DNA from: Pirellulales bacterium
Lineage (GTDB): Bacteria > Planctomycetota > Planctomycetia > Pirellulales > PALSA-1355
Assembly (NCBI GenBank): GCA_963733035.1
Contig: CAVTBU010000005.1
Span: forward strand, 1,024,001-1,088,000
Reading direction: 5' to 3'
Length of the DNA stretch: 64,000 bases
Position 1 is the first letter of the stretch. Every line of letters starts with the position of its first letter. The translations under genes and the position numbers were made by a program. The notes below the pieces were generated by a model. The model saw only the letters and a list, made by a program, of their open reading frames with translations. It searched no databases and was not told the DNA's origin. Positions 1 to 10,800 of this stretch are shown here, in pieces.

Positions 1-852
1 GATGCAAAGATTGCGAGGCGATGTGACCAATCGATACGATTTCTGGTAGCTATCGAGCGGATAGGCAAAATCGTTCGTACCGTTGACGAACAAAATTGGG
101 CATTTTACGCCGGCCAGGTACTGCGAAGGGTCGAAGTTCTTCAGCCAACGATTGCGGGCTCTCGACGACAGGCGGTCAAATCGCCCGGATTCCTTCCATG
201 CGCTGTTGTCACCCAGAAATCCACATCCGTAGACCGGTACGGCCACGGCGAGGCGATGATCGATGCCTGCGACAATGCATGTGAGATAGCCTCCCCAGCT
301 AATTCCGGTAATGCCGATACGGGACTTGTCGACTTGTGGTTGCTGCAACAGCAGCGCGTGTCCTCGTAGTACCGCAGCAACGGCTTGGTAAGGCCAAGTG
401 TCCTGAATCGAATTGGTCTCGGTAGCTTCGAACTTGGTATCGTCGTCTTGGGGAGGTCCACCGTGTGCCAAACGTTTGCCGTCGGCTCCGTTGCCGGCCA
501 GGTCCATCGCGAGCGCCACATAACCACGGTCGGCCCAAAGTTGCGCCCATTCTGCAAACGCTTTCCCACCACCTCCATGCACCAGCAGCATCGCCGGAAA
601 CGGCCCTGATCCCGATTCGGGCACGGCGTAGTACGCGAACACCTCCGTCTCGTGACCAAGATAAAGCTCGGACCGATACCGGATCGCCCGTAGGCTGCCT
701 TCCCGCACGTCGACTTCAAACTGCGTGCGAGTGCTGAGAATTCGCTGGACATCCCACGGTCCGGTCGAATTGGGCGGGGCGCCTACCTCATCGGCTGTGG
801 TCAGGCCTGCCAATAAAAGCACGGTCAGCGGGATGGCTGATAGGCGTGGCAC
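1..852 (-). CDS. Secreted alpha/beta-hydrolase (acetylxylan esterase-like), 3' end runs off the window
   Basis: Not in the ORF track; translated by hand from GTG at 852 (AGGAG RBS upstream): MPRLSAIPLTVLLLAG... with signal-like N-terminus, AMLLVHGGGG, GITGISWGG nucleophile elbow, ILFVNGTNDFAY; frame open to position 1. Confidence 0.85.
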   Translation of the reverse strand, partial: MPRLSAIPLTVLLLAGLTTADEVGAPPNSTGPWDVQRILSTRTQFEVDVREGSLRAIRYRSELYLGHETEVFAYYAVPESGSGPFPAMLLVHGGGGKAFAEWAQLWADRGYVALAMDLAGNGADGKRLAHGGPPQDDDTKFEATETNSIQDTWPYQAVAAVLRGHALLLQQPQVDKSRIGITGISWGGYLTCIVAGIDHRLAVAVPVYGCGFLGDNSAWKESGRFDRLSSRARNRWLKNFDPSQYLAGVKCPILFVNGTNDFAYPLDSYQKSYRLVTSPRNLCI

Positions 853-898
853 GGGTGAAACTCCTGGCAAGCGAATGGACGGGAGAGACTAATAGGAA

Positions 899-2185
899 TT
901 AGAACGGACCGAACGTTGCGTCCACATTTCCGCGGAGCACCTGCGCGCCCAAGGCAACTGCCCGTTCCTCGGTCCAGCCGCGGTCAACTACGAACCGTTC
1001 GGCTAGGACCTTCGCCAGAATACGCTTGTACATGGCGAACTTTGGCAATGCGAATTCAAGCTTGTACATGTCGCTGTAATAACCGATCTGTTTCGTACGC
1101 GGCACCGCTTCGAGCCGAGCGGCCGCGTCGTGCTCGATATACGTTGGCGTGTTGGAATACCACCAGTGACCGTTGCACAAGACATTCGGGAAAATCCAGC
1201 TGTAACTGACCAGTTCCTGGTTGGTGACACTGGCAAGTACCGAGATCGGGAATCGCACTTGGGGAAAGGCGTTAAATAGTCCTTGGTACTGAATCAACGA
1301 GACGCGGCTATCGTATAAATCACGCCCCTGATGGACGCCATCGGCATAGACGCCGCGATTGACGCCAATCATCAAATCGAACGGTAAACGATACTCTGCA
1401 CAAAACTCGGCGAGCGTCCAAAATACAAAACCCCCAAGCTCCTGTCGTCGTTGCTGGGAAGATGAAAGGCCATGCCTGAAAACATCATCGACTGCGGCAC
1501 TCGCTTGCGCATCACTAACGTCGGTGGGTGAAAAATCCGGCGGCAGCGAAATAGCGCATGCGCGGGCGTTCCTTTGCGTGAAGTACTCAAACAGGGTGCC
1601 AATCGCCGAGCGTAGCGTGGCTGCGTCGCGGACGGCAGTGCCGGCAATCTTATCGAGTCGCTGACGCACGCTGGGCTGGGCAAGGTGAAAAACAAGGTCG
1701 TCGGTGCGCAGGCAGGGAATATATTTCTTCGTGTCAAAGCCCGCCAATGCGTCGTCGAAGTCGTTTGTGAGAAACACCGCTTCGAGTTTGCTTTGCTCGA
1801 GCACACGCTCGGCCCAGTCGGGTTGCTGCATCAGGGTCGCAGCTCGATCGTAAAGTGCCTCCCAGTTGTCAGCGGTCACGGCTTCCATCCGAAAGTCGAA
1901 AAATGCCCGCGACATTTCGATCAACCAACTCGACTGAATTGTGTTTTCGAGCGCCCCGAGATGCTCGACCAGGCGTCCGACTTTCTCTTTCGGGTCGAGG
2001 CCTTCCTGTTCGATATGATCCTTGGGCATACCGGCCGAGTGGGCGAGCTCGGTGTAGTAGTGGTAACCCAGGATGTCGGCAAGCGTATCGGAGGCCGGTT
2101 TTAGCGCATTGATGTGGGTGTGGGGATCGATCAGTACCAGATCAGCAAGGGCATCGTATAGTCGCGTGCGGAGTAGATCAGACAT
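899..2185 (-). CDS. uxaC: Uronate/glucuronate isomerase-like amidohydrolase
   Basis: DPHTH metal motif near N-terminus, GHWWY and YYSD motifs near C-terminus; start moved to ATG 2185 (MSDLLR). Confidence 0.7.
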   Translation of the reverse strand: MSDLLRTRLYDALADLVLIDPHTHINALKPASDTLADILGYHYYTELAHSAGMPKDHIEQEGLDPKEKVGRLVEHLGALENTIQSSWLIEMSRAFFDFRMEAVTADNWEALYDRAATLMQQPDWAERVLEQSKLEAVFLTNDFDDALAGFDTKKYIPCLRTDDLVFHLAQPSVRQRLDKIAGTAVRDAATLRSAIGTLFEYFTQRNARACAISLPPDFSPTDVSDAQASAAVDDVFRHGLSSSQQRRQELGGFVFWTLAEFCAEYRLPFDLMIGVNRGVYADGVHQGRDLYDSRVSLIQYQGLFNAFPQVRFPISVLASVTNQELVSYSWIFPNVLCNGHWWYSNTPTYIEHDAAARLEAVPRTKQIGYYSDMYKLEFALPKFAMYKRILAKVLAERFVVDRGWTEERAVALGAQVLRGNVDATFGPF

Positions 2186-2288
2186 AGTCCAACAAGGGTA
2201 ATAATTGGGAGAAGTGGAAACGACTTGCCAACCCAATCTGTCACTTGCGACGACAACATGCAAGCCGAGCCGGCTGCGCCGTTCGATC

Positions 2289-3092
2289 TCAAGTCGTCAA
2301 CGGCAAGTCTTCGCTCAGAAATGACAACCAGTGTCGCGCAACCGTGGCCTTGTCGTCGCGCCGATCGACCAAGACGCCTAGCATTCTGGCCCGCAATATC
2401 ACGCCTTTTTCGAGCCGGTTGGCGAACAGCTCGTGGCGCAATTGCAAGCGAAACTCCGTGCCGTGCAACCACCCGTCCCACGACGACGATTGTGCATCAG
2501 CGGGTTGGATCATTTCCGCATAGCTATACTGCCGGCCGGGCAGTCGAAACAGGTAACATTGAGGAGCCCCCGGTGTACTATCGGGGTCCGCTTCGTTCGA
2601 CGGCGGGACGATACTGGTGAATGTTCCAGTTTCTGCGTCGGTGAGGCGAAATGCCTCGCCGGCGAGCAGTTGGCTGCGGATGGCGAACTGCGGGCAACTA
2701 TCGAGCAGCGACGTTTGCACCGAGGCCACGAGTTCCACTGTTGAAATTGCGCCTTTGCGATCGTGAGCCGTGGTCCGCCAATAGATTTGCGTACGCATCT
2801 GCGGCGCTGGACGATCGTTGTAGGTGACAACTAGGTCGCCACCGCGCACATAGCGATCGATGTCTGCGGCGGATTCACTGGCCGGAGTCGGGGGCAACTC
2901 GGGTGCAAGAGGATGAAAGCCGGCGATCACCTGTCCATCAACTCTGACTTGTTGCAATCCGCCAGCGGGATTTGTCGGATCGACGACCGCCAAAAACCGC
3001 TCTAGTTGAAGACAAATCGTGCGATCGTCTACGTCCTGCCACGGCCGCATGGTGTCGGAATCCGTCGGATCAAAACTATCGAAGGAGGGCAA
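2289..3092 (-). CDS. Hypothetical protein
   Basis: 267-aa ORF with protein-like composition, co-oriented with the downstream genes; start uncertain (3092 or 3050). Confidence 0.7.
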   Translation of the reverse strand: MPSFDSFDPTDSDTMRPWQDVDDRTICLQLERFLAVVDPTNPAGGLQQVRVDGQVIAGFHPLAPELPPTPASESAADIDRYVRGGDLVVTYNDRPAPQMRTQIYWRTTAHDRKGAISTVELVASVQTSLLDSCPQFAIRSQLLAGEAFRLTDAETGTFTSIVPPSNEADPDSTPGAPQCYLFRLPGRQYSYAEMIQPADAQSSSWDGWLHGTEFRLQLRHELFANRLEKGVILRARMLGVLVDRRDDKATVARHWLSFLSEDLPLTT

Positions 3093-3100
3093 AAGTCGAA

Positions 3101-3142
3101 AATAAAAAAACCCCGCCGCTCGCGCGAGGCGAAACGGCGGGG
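3101..3142 (-). terminator. Intrinsic terminator
   Basis: CCCCGCCG...CGGCGGGG stem followed by a T7 tract on the minus strand. Confidence 0.75.
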
Positions 3143-3255
3143 CCGGAACAGAGAAGAGGCCGATCAGTTTGCGAGCTGCAAGAATAATTTTGGATAAGGC
3201 CGACTGCCAAAAGACAGTCCTATGCTCGCGAACTCGGGGCTACTCCCTCCGCTCG
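3101..3255 (-). ncRNA. Candidate structured small RNA or leader RNA
   Basis: Lies between a promoter (3262-3289) and an intrinsic terminator; 5' and 3' arms pair (GAGCGGAGG/UCUCUGUUC, AGUU-GCGAGC/GCUCGC-AACU); internal hairpin GACUGUC-UUUU-GGCAGUC. Confidence 0.5.
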
Positions 3256-3261
3256 CTGTTG

Positions 3262-3289
3262 ATCTTACCACAATTGCGCACGCAAGCAA
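3262..3289 (-). promoter_or_regulatory. Sigma70-type promoter with extended -10
   Basis: TTGCTT-N16-TAAGAT with TGn directly before the -10. Confidence 0.5.
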
Positions 3290-3354
3290 TAGTCTGCGAG
3301 AATTTTTTCTCACAATTTACAGCCGTGTCAGTCTCCAGGGGGGGAATCGGATTG

Positions 3355-3383
3355 TTGGCGGAGTCCGACCGCTTTCCTATAAT
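3355..3383 (+). promoter_or_regulatory. Putative sigma70 promoter of suhB
   Basis: TTGGCG-N17-TATAAT. Confidence 0.45.
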
Positions 3384-3435
3384 CCCTGCGCGTAATAACC
3401 AACTTTCGGATCAGTGATTTCGCAGGACGCCCCTA

Positions 3436-4221
3436 GTGCCCGACTTTCTAACGCTTTGTGAACATGCGGCCCGCGCCGGAGGTGACAAGCTGCTCCAATG
3501 GGTTGGGCGTTTCAACGTGCGTGAAAAGGGTCCCCGAGACCTGGTCACGGAGGCTGATCTGGCCTCGCAAGAGGCGATTAGGAACGTCATTCAAGCAGCC
3601 TTTCCCGACCACGATTTCGTCAGCGAGGAGGGGGACGGGCCGGTGCGCCTCGACGGAAAGTACTGCTGGGTGGTCGATCCGCTAGACGGTACGACAAATT
3701 ACGTCCACCAAATTCCCCATTACGCGGTTTCCGTGGCACTCCTTGAGCACGGCACGCCGCTCGTGGGAGTCATTCATGACCCAGTCAATAACGAGTGTTT
3801 CGCTGCTCAACGCGGGCGCGGGGCAACTTTGAACGGCCAGTCCATCCACACGAGCGGAGTTAGCGATATTGCACAAGCCGTGGTAGCGGCAAGTTTTGCC
3901 GCCGAAGTCCAATTTCCGTCGCCAGAGGTCGATCAGTTCGTAGCGGCTGTCCAGGCGACTCAGGGTGTCCGTCGCACTGGCTCGGCCGCCTTAAATCTCT
4001 GTTACGTGGCATCAGGACGGTTCGATGCGTTTTGGGCGCTTAGCACGAAGGCTTGGGACGTGGCGGCCGGAGTGTTGCTGGTGGAGGAGGCGGGCGGAGC
4101 CGTCACGCGGCTCGATGGAGGACCGTTTGACTTGAGTGAGCCGCGTCCGGTGGCCACGGCCAGCGCGGCCTTGCAGAATCGATTCTGTAGGCTGCTCATC
4201 GATGCCAGGCCTTTGCGCTAA
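3436..4221 (+). CDS. suhB: Inositol monophosphatase family protein
   Basis: DLVTEAD, SEE, WVVDPLDGTTNY, GSAALNLCYVASG, WDVAAG motifs. Confidence 0.95.
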   Translation: MPDFLTLCEHAARAGGDKLLQWVGRFNVREKGPRDLVTEADLASQEAIRNVIQAAFPDHDFVSEEGDGPVRLDGKYCWVVDPLDGTTNYVHQIPHYAVSVALLEHGTPLVGVIHDPVNNECFAAQRGRGATLNGQSIHTSGVSDIAQAVVAASFAAEVQFPSPEVDQFVAAVQATQGVRRTGSAALNLCYVASGRFDAFWALSTKAWDVAAGVLLVEEAGGAVTRLDGGPFDLSEPRPVATASAALQNRFCRLLIDARPLR

Positions 4222-4419
4222 GTTACAGCGTCGTAACAATTTGACGCCGCCAACCGGAGTGAATTCGCAGCCGCGTCTGCGAACACGCGCAGATGCGGTA
4301 TCCCGTGGCAATAGTTTTGAGGTTGCGGGCGAATCGAATTAGACTGAAAGGTGATTTCTCCCATCTACTTTCGCAATACCTAACCGGTTTGGGCGTGCTC
4401 GACGCGTGGCCGGCAGCTC

Positions 4420-7400
4420 ATGGGCGTTTTTGCCATGCGACCGCGACTCTGGAAAACCGGGGGGCTATTGTTCTTCGCGATGGCCAACAGCCTTTTTGCG
4501 CTCGGTGTGTTGGCTCGAGCCCAGGACGAGTCGTCCGCTCCGAACGGCGCGACGGCCGATGCCGCAAGCCCCCTGACGGCCAAGTCGGCAGAGAATGCCA
4601 ACGAAGCTTTACCCTTCGAAGTCAAGCCTGGAGTTTTCTATGTCAGGGACGAGCACGGCAAGTTGCAGCCCGTGCCAGGCATGTGGACCTACTCACAACT
4701 CATGGAGCTGTGGAAAGACAAACATCAGCTTGCCGGTGGGAACCAGCGACCAGCCTACAGCTTGGAGCAACTAGAGATTTCCGGTACGGCATCAAACACG
4801 AGCGCCGAACTGATTGCACGCTTCAAAATTGTCGTACACGAATCCGGCTGGACCGGTGTGCCTCTGCGACTCAACGGAGCGGTGATGCGGGACGCGGCGG
4901 CCTACGACGGTCCCGGTCAGCAGGTCATGCACTTTGACCCTGACGAAGATGGCCACGTAGCCTGGATCCGCAGCCAAGCCGATGAGACCCACACATTGAC
5001 GCTCAAGCTACTGTCCACTGTCGAACAAGTTGGGCCGCAGTCGCGACTAAAATTGAGTCTTCCCCGTGCCGCGGACGGTCAGTTGCAACTACAGGTGCCC
5101 CTGGGGAATGCGGTCGCAGAAGCAAGTGAGGGCAGCATCCTTGATGCCGTGCGGCCACTGGCGGGCGGAAAGACGGAATTGCGCGTGATCGGCGTGGGCG
5201 GCGACTTCGAGCTCACTTGGCACCCCGCCGACAGCAACGTCGCGAGCGTGCCAACCATTCTGGAGGCAAGCACCACACAGCTCATTCGCATCAACGGACG
5301 CAGTGCGAACACAGAGGTCACGCTCAAAGTCGGCAGCCTAGGGAGTGAATTCGATCATTTTCAAGTTCGGTTGCCGCCTGGAGCAGACTACGTCGGAACG
5401 CCCGAAGCCGGTGTTTCGCTTGTGGCCGTGGACGTCTCAGCGGCCGAGGGCAAGCTCTACGATGTGCGACTCGAGAAGAAAACAACCGGTCCGGTGGAAG
5501 TGCAACTTGTTACGGAACGAGTGCACAATGCGGCCCAGGACAAGAGCGCGCTGGAACTTGCCGGGTTCGAAGTTGTAGGAGCGGTGCGACAATGGGGTAC
5601 GATCGCAGTACAGGTCGAGGGAAACTGGCATGTCGTCTGGGGTGAATCGGAACATGTGCGCGCGGTCGATGACGTCGAGACGAACGTTCCTCGCGATGAA
5701 TTTGTCGCCGGTTTCGAATACTTTGTGCAACCCTATTCATTGACAGCTCGGGTCGTGGAGCAAACGACTCGCATACGCGTCGAGCCGCAATACATACTGC
5801 TGGTGAGTGGTGACGACGTTCGTCTTCAAGCGCGCCTGAAGTACATTATTCGTGGCGCCAAGGTGCGTACACTTTCGGTCGATGTTCCAGGCTGGGAAAT
5901 CGACTCCGTGGGTCCGGCAAGCCTGATTAATGTGGATACTGCCATCGCGGACGTGGACCAGACATTGACCATCCCGCTCCTGCAGGCCACTAGCGGTGAA
6001 TTGGAACTGACTTTCGAAGCACGCCAGAGACTTGTCCCCGATGCCGAGGACGTCCGACTCGACTTGCCCCGACCGAAGGGGGACGTGATGGCGGCGGACG
6101 TGGCCGTCCTCAGCGACAATCACATCGAATTACTGCCGCGGCTCGAGGAATTGCGACACCTCGCGCCGCAAGCGATGCAGCCGGCAATGACGTTGCCCCA
6201 GCGTCAACAAGAGCCCTTGTTCTATCGCACGACGGGAGAGGAAGCTCAATTTGTGGCCGATTTGAAAGCTCACGGACAAGAAATCTCCACAACGATCAAC
6301 ACCTTGCTACGCGTGGGCGAAACAGAAACGGTTGTTGAGGAAACGATTGCTTACCGTGTCGCGTATCGGCCGACGGACCACTTTACGCTGATCGTGCCAG
6401 CGACCATTCGACCGGAGCGGCTGACAATTCAATACGAAGGCCAGCAGCTCCTTCCCACGCCCGATCGGGACCATTCCACATCCGAGGGCAGTGCAATCCC
6501 CGTGCGTGTCGATCTTCCAGCGCCGACCATCGGTCGCTGTGAATTGCATGTCAAATACGCTCCACGACACGAAAAACCCCCCACGCAGGCCAGTGCCCTG
6601 GTGGCCGTGCCACTGGTCGTCCCTGGCGAAGGGGCCCTCTCCGACAACCGGCTGGAAGTTGTCGCCGAGAAGGACATCACCGCCAGTTACCCGCAGGGTC
6701 CGTGGACGGCTGAGGGTGGAGTGACCACGGTTGGCGACGGTGCGAGTATTGACGATCCTTCCGCGTTAACGCTGACTGCCACGCGCGCGATTGGCGAAGT
6801 GACGCTCGCCGTCAGCTCCAAGCAAAGAACTATCGAAACGTCTACGGCCATCGAACGGGCGGTCATTGAGACTCAACTGACTGATCGGGTGCGGCAAGAT
6901 CGGGCCATGTTTCAGTTGACGACCGATCGCCAGCGACTCGATGTCAGCCTGCCCGAGGGTGCCGACCGGCAAACGCTCTTTCTAATCGTCGATGGCATTC
7001 GAGTGGAACCCGAGGCCGTGGTCAAACGCATGGTCACCGTGCCCCTGGCGGAAGGTCGACGCGACCATTCGCTGGAGTTGCGCTACCATTTCGCAAGTCG
7101 GCCGGCACAGGGTTCACTCGTACTTGAAGGTCCCCAGATCCCGTCCGCGCGTTGGGTCCAGCAATTGTATTGGCAATTGGTCGTTCCGTCGGGCGAGCAT
7201 GTCCTTTTCACGCCACGCCACTATACCGAGGAACTTGCCTGGACTTGGGCTGACTTCTTCTGGCAGCGCAAGCCCACGCTGGGCCAGGCTGATTTGCACC
7301 GCTGGGTCAACTCGACGGCGCTATCTGATTTGTCGGGCGGAAATCCGGATTCGCTGCCATACGGCCACAAGGGCCAATTGCAATTCGCCAACAACCGCTA

Positions 7401-7836
7401 CCTTTTTAGTACGGTGGGCTCCGTGCAGCCGCTCGCTCTTTATACGTTGAGTCGAGCTCGTCTCGTGTTGCTGGCATCGCTCCCGCTACTCGTTGTAGGA
7501 CTCGTCTTGATCTATTTTCCCGCGTCGCGGCATCCGGCAATATTACTCTTGCTGGCTGTTGCCTTGGCGACCAGCGGGATCGTGGTGCCGCAATTGACGA
7601 TACTTCTGGCGCAAGCATCACTACTGGGCCTTGTGCTTGTTGCGCTTGCTGCGGCGTTGACTTCCCTCATGCCGCGTGCCAGACGCGAGTCGGCAGCACC
7701 GATTCGTGGCAGTTCGTATGCAGTAATCGAACGGAGCGCAACAGAGCTGTACCACCGTTCGCCACCCAGCGGTAGCCATCCTGCCTCAACCGCAACAAAT
7801 CCTCTGGTGCCCACCTCTCCCGAAGGCGAGTCATGA
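4420..7836 (+). CDS. Large exported beta-rich protein with C-terminal transmembrane bundle, unknown function
   Basis: 1138 aa; signal peptide ending ARA-Q, about 3 hydrophobic helices near the C-terminus; start may be 4435. Confidence 0.85.
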   Translation: MGVFAMRPRLWKTGGLLFFAMANSLFALGVLARAQDESSAPNGATADAASPLTAKSAENANEALPFEVKPGVFYVRDEHGKLQPVPGMWTYSQLMELWKDKHQLAGGNQRPAYSLEQLEISGTASNTSAELIARFKIVVHESGWTGVPLRLNGAVMRDAAAYDGPGQQVMHFDPDEDGHVAWIRSQADETHTLTLKLLSTVEQVGPQSRLKLSLPRAADGQLQLQVPLGNAVAEASEGSILDAVRPLAGGKTELRVIGVGGDFELTWHPADSNVASVPTILEASTTQLIRINGRSANTEVTLKVGSLGSEFDHFQVRLPPGADYVGTPEAGVSLVAVDVSAAEGKLYDVRLEKKTTGPVEVQLVTERVHNAAQDKSALELAGFEVVGAVRQWGTIAVQVEGNWHVVWGESEHVRAVDDVETNVPRDEFVAGFEYFVQPYSLTARVVEQTTRIRVEPQYILLVSGDDVRLQARLKYIIRGAKVRTLSVDVPGWEIDSVGPASLINVDTAIADVDQTLTIPLLQATSGELELTFEARQRLVPDAEDVRLDLPRPKGDVMAADVAVLSDNHIELLPRLEELRHLAPQAMQPAMTLPQRQQEPLFYRTTGEEAQFVADLKAHGQEISTTINTLLRVGETETVVEETIAYRVAYRPTDHFTLIVPATIRPERLTIQYEGQQLLPTPDRDHSTSEGSAIPVRVDLPAPTIGRCELHVKYAPRHEKPPTQASALVAVPLVVPGEGALSDNRLEVVAEKDITASYPQGPWTAEGGVTTVGDGASIDDPSALTLTATRAIGEVTLAVSSKQRTIETSTAIERAVIETQLTDRVRQDRAMFQLTTDRQRLDVSLPEGADRQTLFLIVDGIRVEPEAVVKRMVTVPLAEGRRDHSLELRYHFASRPAQGSLVLEGPQIPSARWVQQLYWQLVVPSGEHVLFTPRHYTEELAWTWADFFWQRKPTLGQADLHRWVNSTALSDLSGGNPDSLPYGHKGQLQFANNRYLFSTVGSVQPLALYTLSRARLVLLASLPLLVVGLVLIYFPASRHPAILLLLAVALATSGIVVPQLTILLAQASLLGLVLVALAAALTSLMPRARRESAAPIRGSSYAVIERSATELYHRSPPSGSHPASTATNPLVPTSPEGES

Positions 7837-10800
7837 GTTGGCGGCAATACTTCGTTGCGTCGTGCAGCTTGCTGTGCCTGACGATGGGGACGCTCGTCTG
7901 CCAGGCAGAGGAGCCGCAGAGAGAACAAACGCGCCTTCGCTTCCATCGGTTGTACCTCCCGGAAGAGGATATCGAAGCCCGTACTTGGAATCAGCGTTAT
8001 CTGCCCGTCGATGCCGAAGCATTTGAGCGCGACCTGCAAACCGTCTCGAACGGCGAACGCGGTGTTCCCACAGCCTCTCGAGCCCGCTTTGAACGTGCCG
8101 AATACCGTGCTCAGCTGGTAGGCGATGATTTACTCGTGGGCAGCTTTCAGCTGCATCTTGAGTTTCCGGCTGGCCCGTCGACGCTGTTGTCGCTGACTCC
8201 GTGCAGTTTGGCCATCGAATCAGCAAGATGGAGTGAGCAAGCAAAGCACGCCGTCCTGGGAGCCGACCCAACGGGAGACTTGTGCTTACTCGTCGAGGGG
8301 AGGCAACTTGAATGTGAATGGTCGCGGCGCGGCGAGCGAACGGCGTCGGGCACGGTCAAGTTTCGACTTGGATTGCCAGCCTGTCCAATGTCGCGCATTG
8401 AGGTTACCGTCCCTAACGGCGCAGAAGTTGTCGCCGATCATGGCGTGGTGTCTCGACGGGAGAGCGATCCTGGCGAGGCGAGCCGATGGCTAGTGGAGCT
8501 GGGAGGAAATTGCGAGGTCGAACTTCGCATCGTGCCAGACGAAGCCGGACGAGACCGCCGGTCCCTTACGCTCTTGCGACAGGCGACGACCTATCAGTTT
8601 TCCTCCCGCGGGATCAATGTTGGAGCCCAATTGCGACTTGACGTACACGGAGAGCCGCTCACCCGTCTGCTGGTCGACCTTGATCCCTCTTTGCATCTAA
8701 TCGAGGCGAAGTTTGGCGAATTGGCCCTGCCTTGGTCAGCCACGACCGACTTGGAAACCGGACAATCACACGTCCATTTGGATTTTCCAGAACCGCTGGT
8801 AGGAACCGGTCGAGTGCTTCAGCTTTCGGCCGTTGCGCCGCTCACAACCGGTCACCGTTTCATGTTGCCTCGCGTACAACCTCAGGGTGTTGCTTGGCAA
8901 GAAGGCACGGCCGACCTGATCATCCCCAGCGCACTCCTACTCGAACAACTCCTGACCACCGGTTGCCGCCAGTCACGCGTGACGGCACTCCCGGCGCCTC
9001 TGGCCGGCGAATCGATTGAAATACAGAGCTTCGAAGCAGGCGCCAAGGTCGAGGTTCTGGTCGATGAGCCCCGTAAACGCCTGGCGTTGCAGAGAGCGGC
9101 GGTCGTTGAAGTGAAAACGGACGTGATCGCCAACCGCTGTGCGCTGATCGTATTAGGCGAGCAGGGGCGGAGGCACCGCGTCAAGATTCCCCTTCATGAC
9201 GGCTGGATCGTCGAAACGGTGGAGAGCTCTCTCCCCAATCAACCGGTCGATTGGGACTTGCATGAATCTCAAGACAAGCCCGCTGAGTTGCATGTTGAAT
9301 TAGTGGAAGGGAGCCGAATTGTCGTACAAGGTCACCGTGTGCGCCCTCCCGCCGACACCTTCGAGGCAAGCCAGCTGCTGATGCTCGACTTCACGGCGTT
9401 CCCAGGGGGCACCAGCCTAGTTAGCGTACGTGCTTCCGAGGGGCTGGAACTGCGCTGGAGCGGAACCGAAACGCTGCAACGCCTTGACGCCGCCGAGTTG
9501 TCGACGGAACAACTCGGCTTGTTCCCGCGATTGCCCGAGGGGGTATTGTTTTCCGAGGACGAACAATTCGTGCGATCCCGCGTCAGTGTCTCTCGTCGCC
9601 GCCCCAGCTACTCGGCCGATATCCATATCGATGCGGCACTACAGAACGAAGCCCTAACCGAGACGTTCACTATTCTTTGCACACCGGACGCGTCCCGCAT
9701 TGAGAGGTTGCTGATCCACTTCTCACAACCGCGCACGGAGCCACTCGAATGGCGTCTGGCCGGTGGAAACAATTCCGGACAGTTTTCGGCGAGAAAACTG
9801 TCAGCCGGCGAGCAAGCCAAAGCTGGCATTCAAGCGGCTGGCGAAGTGTGGGAGATTTTGCTTCAGTTGGCACGCCCGGGTGTCTTCGAGCTTCGCGCCG
9901 AGCGCAAGGCTCACTTTACTGTCGAGACGCCGCTTTCGCTCGTTTCCGTTGAGGGCGCCACCACGCAACGTGGCACGCTCTCTATTCGCGCATTGGGCGA
10001 CACTGGAATTCGCCTTGAAAATCGCGGGCTGATGTCGGTTCCGGCCGAACTTCTCGATGACGACTATTATCAGACCGCTCGCGCGACCTATCACTACCAA
10101 CCAGCCGATGACGATTTCGAGACAGATCCTCTAGTAACAGTTGCCCCAGCATCACCCCAGCAGGCAGACACCGGTGCCTGGGTCTGGGATGTTCGGCTTA
10201 TGTCACGTTTTGCTAGCGATGGTGCCGTCGCACACGAGGCTGTCCTGCACATCGAGACCGCCGGGCGCCGTGCCTTTCCCTTAGAACTCCCTGCAGGCAC
10301 GACACTCCAAGAGGCGTGGATCGATACGGAACGATTGGCGCTGTCTGATAAGGGGCCTTGGAACATCGAGCTACCGGCCGGGCGGAGCCGTGTTACTCTC
10401 GCCTTGCGTTTTTCGGCCGTTGCCCACCTTCCCCTCTTGACATCAGAAATAGAACCTCCCGTTCCAGACATCGGGCTGCCGGTCGTGCAGCGTCAATGGA
10501 CCGTTTGGTTACCACCGGAATACCGCCTGAGCGACGCGGAAGGGTATGCGCAACATGAACTTCTTCCCCCACTGAGCTGGTCCGAGCGATTGTTTGGGCC
10601 TTTGGGACGGAGTTCGGCCGACCACATCTTCAATCCGCTCGTGGCTGCGGATTGGCGCGAGATATTTCGCGCCAGCAGCGATATGGAGTCGGCGCGGGCC
10701 GCTCAGAATCAACTCCTAGAGAGTTTTGGCACGCTGGCTGCCACCTATGCCGACGACGAGGAACTTACTTGCGGACAGCTATTGTCAGCCGCGAGCGAGA

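Noticed and set aside
141..752. 203-aa minus-strand ORF from the ORF track
   Set aside because: Wrong frame; the real gene is the overlapping esterase frame from 852 to the window edge.
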